64,000 bases of DNA from Octopus sinensis (Eukaryota): contig NC_043001.1 in NCBI RefSeq assembly GCF_006345805.1, positions 48,174,001 to 48,238,000 on the forward strand. Direction: 5' to 3'. A program made the translations under genes and the position numbers. Each line of letters begins with the position of its first letter. Positions within the stretch are counted from its first letter, which is position 1. A model generated the notes under the pieces. It was given only the letters and a program-made list of their open reading frames with translations. It did not search any database and had not been told where the DNA came from. Shown here one piece after another: positions 1-13,400 of this stretch.

Positions 1-999
1 TTCTGGAGGGGTCGTAAGGTGTGTCGAATGCAATAAATATGTATGCATTATAGAAACATGATCCTCTCATCAGTTTATGCCCTTCCTATTTTACTTGTGT
101 GAATTAAGGAGTAATGTTTTGCCATTGTCATTTTCGTCGAGAAGTAATTTATGAATTTTATTGCGATGATAATTTTGCACGTCCAATTTTGTATAATTTT
201 CTTGCATTAGTTTATGGTACGCATTCCTCTTTTAAACTGGTTGTGTGCTATGGTTTTCATTTGCATTGTTTGTATTGATTTGACTTGTGCTCTCCTAGTG
301 TATTATAATTATTATTCTTGGTAGCCGATCACGAAGCAATATAGATGTTTATAGGCAAAGCGCACTATAATTTCACTAATAAATAGTATACTGCATTCAG
401 ATCATCCGGACAGTGCAACAGGAGAATTTCCAATTCCGTGATCCGCTGAGGGAAAAAAATGCAACGTAATGTGTTATTCATAATTTCCCATACGTAACTC
501 CGCAGAAAGCTGTTTAACATTTTGGATATCAAATATATTGGTATTTGTTAGCAGCGTTACCGAGAAAGCGCCAACCAGTACAATTCTGAGCAGGTACCTC
601 CACGACAGTTTCATCATATGCAATACTTCGTCAAATGGGTGGGTAATCAACTCAGCTTCAAGGGTATTCAAATTAAATTGAATCAATAAAAAAGGCATCG
701 AAAGGGTCGACTATCATTATTCGGTAGCTCTCCTCAAGGTAGCCAATTTTGGTTCCGCTTCCAGAGGCTAGAACACATGGATTCTCAGACTAAAGAACCA
801 ACTTTCAGGACATTTCGTATCAAATATGCAATCCGTCACGATTATTTTCTCTTATTCCATAAATATGTACGAACTCTTGTGTGAAACTAGACTCTAGTGT
901 GAAACATAAGTATGTACGGAAGCTACTTTTGTGAAACAAGTCTTGTAGAAGTGTATCCCGTTTCAAATGGGATTTGGATTGTTATAGGACGTCGTCACC

Positions 1000-1490
1000 G
1001 TAACGACATTAGACACTGCAATGTCGTGGAGGAAGAAAAACGTGTTGAGCGATTGCAGCTCAGCTCCTGGATAGGCAAGTCAATGCCATCAAATAGCATC
1101 GTAGAGCGCGGGACAGATGGGTCAGTTAGTTTCTAGGGATCAGGTTTGGTCTGGGCTTACAAGTGGATAGAGATTGAGCTGAAGTTATATACACGTTTAC
1201 CGGGAAGCATTCGTGAAATATTGGAGTGAAAGCATACGTGAGCTCTGATAAATATTAACGCATGTCTGTCGTGTCTGGCATTGATTTTCGCTTGACCAAA
1301 TTTCATCGTCTGCTCTAAAGATTTTCGTGATAAGCGACTCTACAGCGGCATCTACGGAAACTCCAGCACGATGAGAGTTCACTTATCTCTGTCACGTTTA
1401 CCGACAGCTCATATCGTTTCCTCTTGCAGGGAGAAGGTACGGTGTAAAGGTTTTCGTTGTGGATGCGACTGAAAATCCTATGTACATATA
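1000..1490 (+). mobile_element. Possible highly degraded BEL/Pao-like LTR retrotransposon gag remnant
   Basis: Broken frames give RLPGSIRE and C..HIVSSCREKVRCKG.RCG, resembling BEL/Pao gag zinc knuckles. Many stops and no LTR seen. Confidence 0.3.
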
Positions 1491-1872
1491 TTTTACACGT
1501 CAGTAAAGCACTTATCAGCTTGTTCAAGATCATCTTGAAAAGCTAGTGGAGAAGGAAATGATACTTATTTTAACCTAACGAATTCTCTGAAAGGAATAAA
1601 TGTGGATGGGTGTGGCGAACATGACTCAACCAAATAGTCCTACATTCAACATGAGAGTGTAAAACGGAGAAAATCAGCTGCGAGTGGGCACGGGATTTTT
1701 GTCATCTTTTCTAAAATTATAATTAGAAAGTTATTTTATGTATTTAGTTTCTTAAATTATTTTAAAAACTGGTATTATTTCAAAAACTCCCACTTCAGAT
1801 CGTCATATCTAAACTGTTTCCCTTCTTCTCTTCTCTTTTTCGATATTTTGTCATCTCTAAGGCTGACAACGT

Positions 1873-1902
1873 TTATTATTATTATTATTATTATCATTAT
1901 TA

Positions 1903-1955
<53 letters not shown>

Positions 1956-2065
1956 ATTGATTGAGAGAGCAGTTCATGCCATCAAAGTGACACTGGGGTA
2001 AAATATACGAAGTCCAATATACCCATCATGACTACCCGTCTGATAAAGGTACACCAGGCACATGC

Positions 2066-2110
<45 letters not shown>

Positions 2111-2113
2111 TAC

Positions 2114-2171
<58 letters not shown>

Positions 2172-2187
2172 GGTGGTGGTGGTTGTG

Positions 2188-2247
<60 letters not shown>

Positions 2248-2433
2248 AGAGAGAGCAGCGCATGACATAAAAGTGCCATTGGTGTACAATTATGCGAAAT
2301 CCAATATATCAATCATGACTACCCATATGATAAGGATACCCCAGGCACAAGCATCGCAACCACATGTGCGCAACATAGTGATCTTATATCAAGTTAAACA
2401 GCGCATGTTCTTTCAGGTGAGGGCCCAGTTAGA

Positions 2434-2496
<63 letters not shown>

Positions 2497-2506
2497 GTTA
2501 TTATTA

Positions 2507-2543
<37 letters not shown>

Positions 2544-2545
2544 CA

Positions 2546-2619
<74 letters not shown>

Positions 2620-2910
2620 GAGTGAGAGAGCAGTGTAGGCCATCAAAGTGACACTGGGGTACAACCATATGTGCACGACATGGTGATCTCATAACAAGAT
2701 AACCAGCACATGACCTTGCGGGTGGGGCCCAGTTAGAATTTTCTTCTGGTTGGGTAACCCATCCCACTCAAAATGTCCCTGATTAAGGGTTGTTTAAGGA
2801 TGTTGAATGAAACACCCATGTTTCCAGAGGTGAATCATTCAAACCCCAAAGAATCCCTCTCAACACATGGCTATGATGCTCCCCCACTTATTATTATTAT
2901 TATTATTACT
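1873..2910 (-). mobile_element. Three same-orientation copies of a non-coding repeat, each ending in (TAA)n or a derived triplet tract
   Basis: Shared GAGAGAGCAG..CATCAAAGTGACACTGGGGTA motif at ~1961, ~2248 and ~2620, separated by (ATT)n/(AGT)n/(GGT)n tracts. Copies are ~105, ~185 and ~270 bp. Confidence 0.7.
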
Positions 2911-3364
2911 ATTATTAACTTAACACGTCCAACTAACACTTTGATAAATAACTCCCACGCCTCCGCGACCCTGTAATACGTAAACACACAACTAGTTTCC
3001 CTATAATAAATAATTAAACTCGTCGACATCTGATAATAAACAAACCCCATACATTACATAAGCAATCCATTCGACATTATATATGAAATAAAAACAAAAT
3101 AAATAAATTAGTAAATGAATAAAACTGGAAAATAAATGAATATAGAGCAAAAATATGCGGAAACAAACACCAAAATTCGTATTCTTGTTGCCTTAAATTA
3201 ATTACAGCAAATACAAGTGAAATCCATTTAATTATTGTAATTAGACACAGCAGATTACTAGTTGGAAATTGTCTGCAAGTAATTAGTAAGGGTATCACTA
3301 ATGAAGCTAATCGAAATTACGTCATTAGCCAAAAAAAAATGACATAGTAAACGAGAGCGAGCGA

Positions 3365-3740
3365 GCAATAGAAAGAGAGAAGGAGAAAGAGAGTAAGAGA
3401 AAGAGAGTAAGAGAGAGAGAGAGAATGAGAAAGAAAGAAAGGGAGAAAGAGAGAGAGAGAGAGTAAGTGAGAGAGAGGGAGAGTATAAAATAGATAGAGA
3501 GAAAGAGAAAGTGACTGAGACAGAGATATGATAGAGAGACAGAGAGACAGAGAGACAGACAGCGACGAGAATGAGAGAAGGGGGAACTGCGATGAACGAC
3601 AATGAGTGATACAGATGGTGCGACAGACATTTTGAAAGCGTGTAGGAGAGCGTTTGTGTCTGTGACAGAGAGCATGAACAAGACAGAGAGAGAGAGAAAG
3701 TGAGAGCAATAGATATGAGAGTGAGACAGAGAGAGAAATA
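3365..3740. repeat. Degenerate (GA)n purine tract
   Basis: Directly visible GA/GAA/GACA low-complexity run. Confidence 0.9.
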
Positions 3741-4201
3741 TATAGAGAAAAATGAGTATGTTGGAGTAACTATGGCAGTTCTTAATAGCGATTAAATTGG
3801 AAATTAACTTAAGGCACAAATTGTTCAATATGGCGACAATGAAGCTGGTGGAACTATATACATTTGATGGCTTTCTTGAAATTATAACAGTATTTGAAAT
3901 AAACGGCCATCACAAGATAGCCATCAAATCACTAGTCAGCTAAATGATTTCAGTGTATCTTAGCTTCAGCAAAAAATAGTTAACACCCGAAAGACAAAAG
4001 CATTGATGTTCCCCCACTTTTCTCTTTCTCTCTTTCCCTCACTACCCCTCTCCATTCCCGCCTCTCCCTATTGATCTGTCTGTCTATTTATCTATTTATC
4101 TACATGTTATACCTATCTATTTATCTCTCTCGCACTTTCTCTCTCACTCTCTCTCCGTCACTCCCACACCCTCTCTCTCTCTCTCTCTCTCTCGATATAT
4201 A

Positions 4202-4247
<46 letters not shown>

Positions 4248-4739
4248 AATATGCATGCACGTGCTTACATAAATAAGTCGGCATTCAGACAGCGTTGCCT
4301 TTATATAATTGGAAAAATAGATCTGTAAACTCCCCTCTGTTTGCCGAGTACTTTCGTGCTACGATTCTACTATTTACATATTTCCATCATCCAATAGAAA
4401 GCTCACACACCGACCTAGGATTTGCTCATCCATGACATAATATCAATTATTAAGTCATGCAACACAAACTGAGAAGGTGCAACAAGCTGAAACCTGTAGC
4501 TTTTCTAAGCAACAGCTCTTAGATGTTTTACACTCTATGACTTACCTTTCATCAATAAAACATTCAACAAACATTTTATTTCATTTTATTTTCGAGCGTG
4601 TGTTCATGAAACGTACTTTGTAGCGTAATCTTATATCATGCATATATGAAATGTTATACACATATCTGTTGCAAACTCACACCTACACGCGCGCGCACAC
4701 ACATTCAAACAGACACACGCAAACATTAATCTGCCCATT

Positions 4740-5378
4740 ATAGGGCACTAGGCCTGAAACTTTAGGGTGCAGATTGGTCGATTACATCGATGCCAGTGCT
4801 CGATTAGTACTGACTTTATCTATTTCTTTATTGCCCACAACGGGCTAAACATAGAGGGGACAAACAAGGACAGGCGAAGGGATTAAGTCGATTACATCGA
4901 CCCCAGTGCGTAACTGGTACTTAATTTATCGACCCCGAAAGGATGAAAGGCAAAGTCGACCTCGGCGGAATTTGAACTCAGAACGTAACGGCAGACGAAA
5001 TACCTATTTCTTTATTACGCACAAGGGGCTAAACATAGAGGGGAAAAACAAGGACAGACAAAGGGATTAAGTCGATTACATCGACACCAGTGCGTAACCG
5101 GTACTTAATTAATCGACCCCGAAAGGATGAAAGGCAAAGTCGACCTCGGCGGAATTTGAACTCAGAACGTAACGGCAGACGAAATACCGCAAAGCATTTC
5201 GCCCAGCGTGTTAACGTTTCTGCCAGTTCGCCGCCTTATTAGTACTGACTTTATCGACCTAAAAGTATGAAAGGCAGAATCAACTTTTCCGGAATTTGAA
5301 TTCAAGAAGTAAAGCCAAAAGAAATGCCGCTAAGTAATTTGTCAAAAGGGCTAACGATTCAACCAGCTCGCTGCCTTT
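4740..5378 (-). mobile_element. Nested tRNA-derived SINEs (family A): a young dimer inserted in an older copy
   Basis: Minus strand reads GGCGGCGAACTGGCAGAAACGTT..GAGTTCAAATTCC (A/B-box like) then GCCTTTCATCCTTTCGGGGTCGAT. An 18-bp TSD ATTAGTACTGACTTTATC lies at 4803-4820 and 5238-5255. Confidence 0.9.
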
Positions 5379-5389
5379 ATATCAAATTA

Positions 5390-5664
5390 CAGTGGTTCCT
5401 AAATTTTTTTCGGACTGCCACCCACTTGACACCCAGGCCGCATTCCTAGCGCCCCCACTCCAACTCGTCACCACAAACATAGACGTCTTTCTGAAGCAAA
5501 TTCAAAGCAACTGTATTTCACAAATAAAACAGCCAAATGAACCCATTATTTTGTTGTTTTTACATGAATCGGTACCCCATTATCACCCCACTTTTTTCAA
5601 TGCCCCCTTCGAACTTTCCACCGCCCCCAGGGGGGGGGAGATACTACCCACTTTGGGAGCACTG
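5390..5664. mobile_element. hAT (Charlie-like) MITE
   Basis: Imperfect TIRs CAGTGGTTCCTAAA / TTTGGGAGCACTG with GC-rich subterminal blocks. The 8-bp TSD is no longer recognisable. Confidence 0.6.
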
Positions 5665-5683
5665 TTATAGTATATCATATATG

Positions 5684-5880
5684 AAGGCGGCGAGCTGGCA
5701 GAATCGTTAGCATGCTTGGAGAAATGCTTAATGGCATTTTGTCCGCCTTTACGATCTGAGTTGAAATTCTGTCGAGGACAAATTTGCTTTTCATTATTTC
5801 GGGCCGTTAAAATGAGCACTGGCGTTAATGTAATCGACTAGCCTCCTCCACCAAAATTTCAGACCTAGTTCCTATATCAA
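5684..5880 (+). mobile_element. tRNA-derived SINE family A
   Basis: AAGGCGGCGAGCTGGCAGAATCGTTAG head, B-box-like GAGTTGAAATTC, and family core. Confidence 0.85.
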
Positions 5881-5897
5881 AAGAATTATATTATATT

Positions 5898-5962
<65 letters not shown>

Positions 5963-6199
5963 CGTGTGTGTGTGCCTCTGCATGTGTGTGCGTGTGCATG
6001 TGTGTGTAATGTAGCCTTTTGTATTCATTGGCATATAAGACACATGGGCATATATGACGTAACCTGTTTTCAGCAGCAAATATTCAGTCGAAAATATTTT
6101 AGTGTATTTAAGCAGTTAATGTTTATTGAAAAAATTATAGTAGAAAAACGATTGAACAAAACGTGCAAATAAGACAGCAGGAAAAACTATTTTAATAAT

Positions 6200-6580
6200 A
6201 ATACTGTAATTTAAAAGAGAGAAACAGAAGCAGCTTAGCTAAAGCAGAGAACATTAATGTACATAAAAGGCAAGCTACCAGCACAATTGAACATAAAGCA
6301 GGAAATCACAATAGTTAAAATATCCTACATGAACTGCATACAGTAATAAAACATTACAAGAGAAAACAAAAGTACCTTAGCTATAACAGAAAACGTTACT
6401 GTATTTATATAGCAAGCTACCAGTACAGTTGAACATAAGCAAGAAATCGCAACAGATAAACAGGTCATTTACAATTAACATGAATAGCCGACAGTAATAT
6501 ATCATTGCAAGAGAAAACAAAGCGTAAGACATTTTATAAAATGTAAGCTCGCGCTACGGTTGAACATAAAACAAAAACAT
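6200..6580. repeat. Degenerate ~145-bp tandem repeat, 2-3 units
   Basis: Recurrent GCAAGCTACCAG.AC..TTGAACATAA and CATT.CAAGAGAAAACAAA blocks. Confidence 0.7.
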
Positions 6581-6788
6581 AGTAAAGAAGAGAGGGAAAA
6601 CATTGGTATTCTTTAAATACTTTCACCATCGTCAAAGTCTAAAAGCATGTCGCCACTAATACTGGAATCGCTATCTTTAAATAATGGAAGGTCTTCCTTC
6701 TCATCAGGTGCATTGCTAATTCCACACTACTTAAAAAACTTGACAATTATTTCAGTTCTTACATTTTCTCAAGTCTTCTAGCCCTACT

Positions 6789-6828
<40 letters not shown>

Positions 6829-6959
6829 CTTCCTCTGTCTATCTTTCTCTCTCTCTCTCTCTTCCTCTGTCTATCTTCCTCTCTCTTTCTCTCTCTCTCT
6901 TTCTCTCCATTTCTCTCTTTCTCTCTCTCACTCTCTCTCTTGTTTACGGTCTCCATTCA

Positions 6960-7860
6960 TTTCCATTCATTTCCTCGACATTCTGTCTCCATCGTCCACC
7001 CCATCATCACCCTCTCCACAACTGTTTTCTACAAACCTACGACTCTCATTCCTGTCTTGACTCCTCCTCCTTGCACTCTACCCACACCAAGAATTACATC
7101 CCTTTTTCCCCGGTAACGACGCCTCTACAGTAGTAATCATGACATTGACACCCAGGCCCTACATACGACCTGCCTCTTCATTTTATGTGGTTTCCCACCC
7201 ACCATTACTCAATCTCTCATCTCCCGCGTCAGTGCCATTGATCGTACCTCGCCTCTCACGACACCGTCCGGAATCCCACCTACCGCATTCCTTTTCCCAT
7301 TACCTATCATTCCACCAGCCTCTCGCCGCCCCAACAAAGCACCATCCTCAGCTTCTTCCACACCCTACATTTTGAACCTGTTACCTCCTGCTTTTTCCTT
7401 CTTCCGTCAATTCCACCTTTAAGCGTTCTGGCAAAATTCGCAGCTTCCTCACATATAGTTCTTCTTCCCCCAACAACCCGTTCATTCCTGGTTCCATTTT
7501 CTGTTCCGGCACACGCTGCCATACCTGCACACACACACACACATCTGTAACGCTGCCCCCTTTCTTAAATCAATCACCGCATTAAAATTTTTTTCACTGC
7601 ACCTCTGGTAACCTGATATATGTGTTCTTATGTTCCTTCTGTAATTTTATTGCTTTCGAGCTAACGGCCGATGACAGCCTTCACAGAGAATACGACTTGG
7701 CAACAGGTCGCCAGTCGCTTACCATTTCCGCGCAGCCGTCCATTCCAACCAACACTTCTCGGTCTTCCGGGCAGTTATCCATCACCACATTCTCCACCAC
7801 TTAGCTTCAATGGGAACAGGAGCTTATTTTCTGTGTCCAAACACACTTCCGATCCATAAC
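6960..7860 (+). mobile_element. Degraded Penelope-like element (RT C-terminus and GIY-YIG endonuclease)
   Basis: Broken frames give FLDI, TVFYKPT, LDSSSLHSTHTKNYIPFS (RT thumb-like), FHCTSGNLIYVFLCSFC (GIY-YIG entry) and SPVAYHFRAAVHS. Confidence 0.75.
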
Positions 7861-8749
7861 GCATTATATAATCTCATGGATGCTGTGTATACTGCATACC
7901 TGACTGAGCTATGCTCGCAATAAAGACTAATTGAGAAACAATTGTTGCAATACCAGATAATCATGTTTTCATAAGTTTTTACGCAACACTTAAGATTTCA
8001 TTAATCTTTGGATACCATTAGAGCTGCGAATTACCGAACAACAATGAACTTCCCTTCGTCGATGCATTCCAGAATATTATAATGGATGACATAACTGACT
8101 GATTTGCGTCATTCTGTCCAGCCATTAATTGTGGCATGCTTCATTTTCATATGCTTCGATTCATAATAGATCCCTTTAAACCAAAAATATATATGTGTGT
8201 GAGAGTGTGTGTGTGTGTTTGTGTGTGAGAGTGTGTGTGTGTGTGTTTGTGTGTGCGCGCGCGCCTGTGTGTATGCATGTGTGGCCGCGTGCGTGTGTAT
8301 ATATACATATGCATACATACACGTATAGGTACATGGATATATGTGTGCATATATATATATATATATATATACACATGGACATATGTGTACATCTACGCAT
8401 ACACACACATACGTATATAGAAACATACATGTATATGTATACTTCTGTGTGTATGTATGTGGATGTGTGTCTGTATACACGCGTTTATATGGGCATTTTA
8501 AACATTTTTATTGTCACAAGATTGTTATTTTGCCTTTTACAGTCACCCGATTCGCGTGCGTACATGTACAAACACACACACGCATACACATACTCATAAA
8601 CGCACGCACATAAACTCTACTCACTTATACACCAACACACACACAGACACATACATACATACATACATACATACAAAAATTACATACATACATACATACA
8701 TACATACACACATACATACATATATATACATACATATATACAAACATAC

Positions 8750-9302
8750 ATGGTGGCTGCCCCCTCGTTATCGAGTATGGCCAATGCGCGAAGTTTAATC
8801 AATGTTGTTATCGTGCAATGCCTGAGCAAGAAGATTTTTTTATAGTGAGGAAAGGCTGTGCACTGAGTCAATCCCACTCACTAAGCAACAGCAGCCATAA
8901 TCTGAAAAGAAGAACAAGTCAACATCATCGGTAACCACTGAGCCGCAGATTTATTTCGGAGTTATCCCAGTTACCTGAGTTACCTTCTCCTAGAAGGATG
9001 CCTTAACAAAGGCTAGGAGTCCCTCACTCCCAATGGTTTAACCGCGTGATCGAGTACTCAGTCCGATTATTTCTATGTCCCCGCGCATGATACAGCCTTA
9101 AGACATTTACTGGCTGGTCGTTGACTCTCAAGAGTTCCTCTGCCCTTTGACGGGTTTTATTTTTCATCCCGCTGAGTGTCCAATAAACATCTTCCTCACC
9201 AAGCAAGCTTGGTGGGGTTGCCGGTTTAGTCGCCGACGACCCGACCATGCAACAGGTTGTACTGGGTTACATGTTACCAGTAGCACTCGAAAGTAACCTG
9301 AC
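8750..9302 (-). mobile_element. Non-autonomous RTE-derived element inserted in (TACA)n
   Basis: GC-richer block flanked by (TACA)n on both sides. Minus-strand TAAACCGGCAACCCCA and CTTCTAGGAGAAGGTAACTC resemble RTE 5' UTR motifs. Confidence 0.5.
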
Positions 9303-10057
9303 ATAAACATACATACATACATACATACATACATACATACATACATACATACATACATACATACATACATACATACATACATGCATGCAATCAGAGAAAC
9401 ACACGTCGTTTATATCCATCATTCTTAGTCTACCAACGATTATTTCTTTCCCTTATGGTTTTCCTTCTTCCTTTGTTTCCTCAAGATGAACTCACCATAC
9501 TGTGGCCTTTTATTCTCTAAGACTACAAGAGCTAATGTTAATCGTACTTAAAAACACGAAACTCTTACATTTTGATAAATCAATGCTTATTTCTAAACTC
9601 TCCGCTAGTATCTTCAATTTTTCAATTTTTAAAGGAATGCAATGGCGGCAGTTAAATATTTATTTATTTGCTGCGGTTGTCGTTGTTGTTTGTATTTTTT
9701 AGTTTAAATTTTACTTCATGAGTATTAAGAATATTTTGATGCTTTATTTTTCTTCAATTTTAATTTTTATATTTTCTTTTGAAGGAGGAGCAGAGATTGT
9801 TGTTTGCCTTTCTTTCTTTATTCCCTTCTTTCTCTAATTCATTTTTCTTCTTCTTTGTTTCTTTTTTCTTTCTTCCTTTCTTTTGTTCTCGTCTTAGTTT
9901 GTGTTGTGTCTTGCTTGTAGTTTCCAATAGATATGAAATATTTGATATCCTGCAGGAAAATCGGTATTGATTTTCTTTCTTTTTTGTTTGTTGCTTCCCT
10001 TTTATATATTTTTTTGTGCTACGACAAAATCGATCCTCTTCTCTGTCTTAGTGAGAG

Positions 10058-10255
10058 AAACACACACACACACACATACACACACATACACACACACACG
10101 CACACACACACACACACAAACACACACACATACACACACACACACATACACACACATACACACACACACAAACACACACACACACACACACACACCACAC
10201 ACACACATACACACACATACACACACACACCACACACACACAACACACACACACA

Positions 10256-10301
<46 letters not shown>

Positions 10302-10460
10302 ATATATACACACACACGCGCGCATATGCACCGATATACCCACACGCGCACACATGCACTCACTGAGAAGTCGGAAGGAGAAAGATGGACGGATACAGAG
10401 GGACTGAAATACGAGTATATTTTAGCAATTTTGTGAGAGTGACATACATATATGCATACA

Positions 10461-10499
<39 letters not shown>

Positions 10500-10549
10500 T
10501 ATATATGTATGTATATACGTATATATGTATATATATATATATATATGTG

Positions 10550-10593
<44 letters not shown>

Positions 10594-10608
10594 ATGTATG
10601 TATGTATG

Positions 10609-10675
<67 letters not shown>

Positions 10676-10700
10676 GTATATGTATATGTATATACTTTGT
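10058..10700. repeat. (CA)n and (TA)n/(TATG)n compound microsatellites
   Basis: Directly visible; they explain the HT/YI/CV ORFs. Confidence 0.95.
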
Positions 10701-11873
10701 ATGTTTTTATGTCCGTAGTTGTTTATACAAATATATTTTTTGCTCTTCTTATCTACGTATATATGCGTCTATATGTGGGTATTTACGTATGAAGTTAATA
10801 ATAAAAGATTGCTCCAGACCAGTTCACATCAACGAAAACGGCTGAACGGATGTCGACCAAAAATGTCAGACAATGCAAACATTCTCTCACATTTATTTCG
10901 TACTACTTTTTTTCTTGTTCTCATGTTCAGTATAAAAACAAACAGATCTTCACATCGTCTTTCAACATCTTCATTATTTCTTCTTTTACAACATAAAATT
11001 ACATTTCTAACTGTGCACTAAAATAATTTTCCGCGACATAACTCTGAAACTTGATGGTTAGCAATTTTGCACTGCAATCACGCAGTTCAGGGTGGAATTC
11101 CACAGCGTGGCATCTTGGGCTAATATTTTTAACACAATTTTGCGTCAACCTAAATATTATAAAGAAAAATTTGACAGATGAAAACTGAGGAGAAAAAGCA
11201 AATAAACTGTACATATCACTGTGTGTTTGACCCAATCCGTTGCTCTGTTTGACATTACCTGACCGTTTAGATAATTCTAGCGATGTCCACTCTAATGTAA
11301 ACACTCAGATTACGTATCCAAACTGAAGGGAACCATCGAGTCTTGTTTGTTTATCCATTCTCTTACTAGTCTCTTTTGCTTGGAAATGTTTTGAGTGCTG
11401 CACTTCGTCGTCTGATAAGCGGTAACAAGGGAGAAATGGAGAGGGAGACAGAAGGAGAGGGAGAGTATACAGGTCTGACAACTGATTACAACACTGTCAA
11501 ATCAGATTAGCTTCAGAGCAGTCAGAAGCATTTAGAATGTTTTATATATTCCTGATATTCAGAACCAATCATTTAGTAGAATTGAATTGTCATATAGAGG
11601 ACTGAAGAAAATCATGCAACCCTTCATGTAGAATTTAAGCTAAATAACTGAATGAAAGTATATACTTGTTTCTTTGAATGTTATAAAACTTCTGGAAAAT
11701 ATGTATGTCTAACAAAAGTATCGCGGTTCCAAACATTAGTTGTTTCTCATCAACTTCCGCATAGTAAAGAATTCACTGGATCTCAGGGTCATACAATTTA
11801 TATACCGTTGTTTGTATAATAACGTACACAGAGGTATCATTCTTATGAAAACAGAGTTATATTATATAACATT

Positions 11874-12090
11874 AAGGTAGTGAGCTGGCAGAATCGTTAG
11901 CACGCCGGGAAAATGCTTAGCGGCATTTTGTCTGTTTTTGCGTTCTGAGTTCAAATTCCGCCGAAGTCGACTTTGGTTTTCATCCGTTCGGAGTCAATAA
12001 ATTAAGTACCAATAGAGTACTGGGATCAATGTAATCGCCTTAAACCTTCCCCCGAATTTGCTGGCCTGGTGCCAAAAATTGAAACCATAT
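11874..12090 (+). mobile_element. tRNA-derived SINE family A
   Basis: GAGCTGGCAGAATCGTTAGCACGCCGG head, GAGTTCAAATTCC B-box, and family core. Confidence 0.85.
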
Positions 12091-12359
12091 TAGTAATAAC
12101 ATATTTAGTATAGAAAACATTAAAGAACTAACGGGGAATAATTTTGTGGCAAGAGTAAACATTATTAGTCACAAATTAATAATGCTTTTTTGCCGAAGAG
12201 TTCTAGTAAGTTAGTGAGGAATAAAGGCAGTCTTGCAGAATTCACAAGTACTTGTAGTATACATATAAAGGATTATCTATGGTGAGATAATGAAAAAGAA
12301 CTGTACTTCTAAAAACTTCTAAAAACACTCAATAAAGAGCTGCAAAAGGATTTCAATTT

Positions 12360-12590
12360 AATTTTCACTTTGCTCCAGTTCAATCAACAGTAGAAATGAG
12401 TTACGACGTTACTGATATCATGCTGTATCGGCCTTTACCTTTCCCTTAGTGGCGTGGAGAGGGGAGGCTGGTATGCATGGGCAACTGCTGGTTTTATAAA
12501 AAACAACCTTGCTCGGACTTGTGCTTCGAAGGGTAACTTTCTAGGCGCAATCCCATGATCATTTATGACCGAAGGGTGTCCTTGACCTAT
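12360..12590 (+). mobile_element. 5'-truncated SINE family C (same family as 32298-32640)
   Basis: Shared TTGCTCCAGTTCAATCA and CGGACTTGTGC.TCG..G.G.AACTTTCTAG blocks. Confidence 0.75.
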
Positions 12591-12949
12591 ATTTACAGAA
12601 ACGTAATTTAAGCCTAATAAATCTCTTCATCCAACTCTGCGTTATGAAAGCCAAATTATAAACTACAATGCGAAATAAGTATGAATATCAACTTAAACAA
12701 GCAGAATTAAATAATTGTGTTGGTTCGAAAATGTGGAATTAATACGGAATGCAAGCAGAAGAGAAAATTTAAAAGAAAAACGATTCCATGATGAAATTGG
12801 TGATAAAAATTATTTTAATTTCATAAGGAAACTATTTTATGTCCGTAGAAATTCACTCTTGAATTCTACTTAGTAACCTTAGATAACTACTGCAGTTAAA
12901 ATTTGTGAGTATTTTTAAAATATAGCTTCTTAATGTAGTATTATATTTA

Positions 12950-13400
12950 GATACTATATATTTAAAACGTTATGCAGATAGTGTGAACAAACTGGAACTT
13001 TTTATCAGACCTGCAGACATACTTCATCTGCAGTCAAATTGAAATCGTTCAACACATCCGTTGCTTTCTGGGCACAAGAATAATTGGCATACTTAGCACC
13101 AGTGGCAGTACAAATTCATGTGTTGAACAACTGACCATCAGTGTAGTTTTTATATTTATTATCACCGATGACGTGTTTCATTTATTCTATTCTGTCCACA
13201 TTGTAACACACAGCAAGTGAAGTTGCGGAACTATTCTCGAATAAAACTGGTTGAAGTACAGTAAGTCATACCGTTATTCAGAAATGGATTGTCTGATAAG
13301 TGGTCTCGGTTTTTCCATTAAAAGCATTTGGCTACTGAAGTGGAATATAATAAAGTAATTGATAACATGGCAAGCATGAACGAAACAAGTTGTTGCAGAG
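12950..13400 (+). mobile_element. hAT transposase C-terminal dimerisation-domain remnant
   Basis: Broken frames give FSRIKLV, FSIK and HLATEVEYNKVIDNMASM, similar to the hAT ERSFSxLK..IDxFA tail. Confidence 0.45.
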
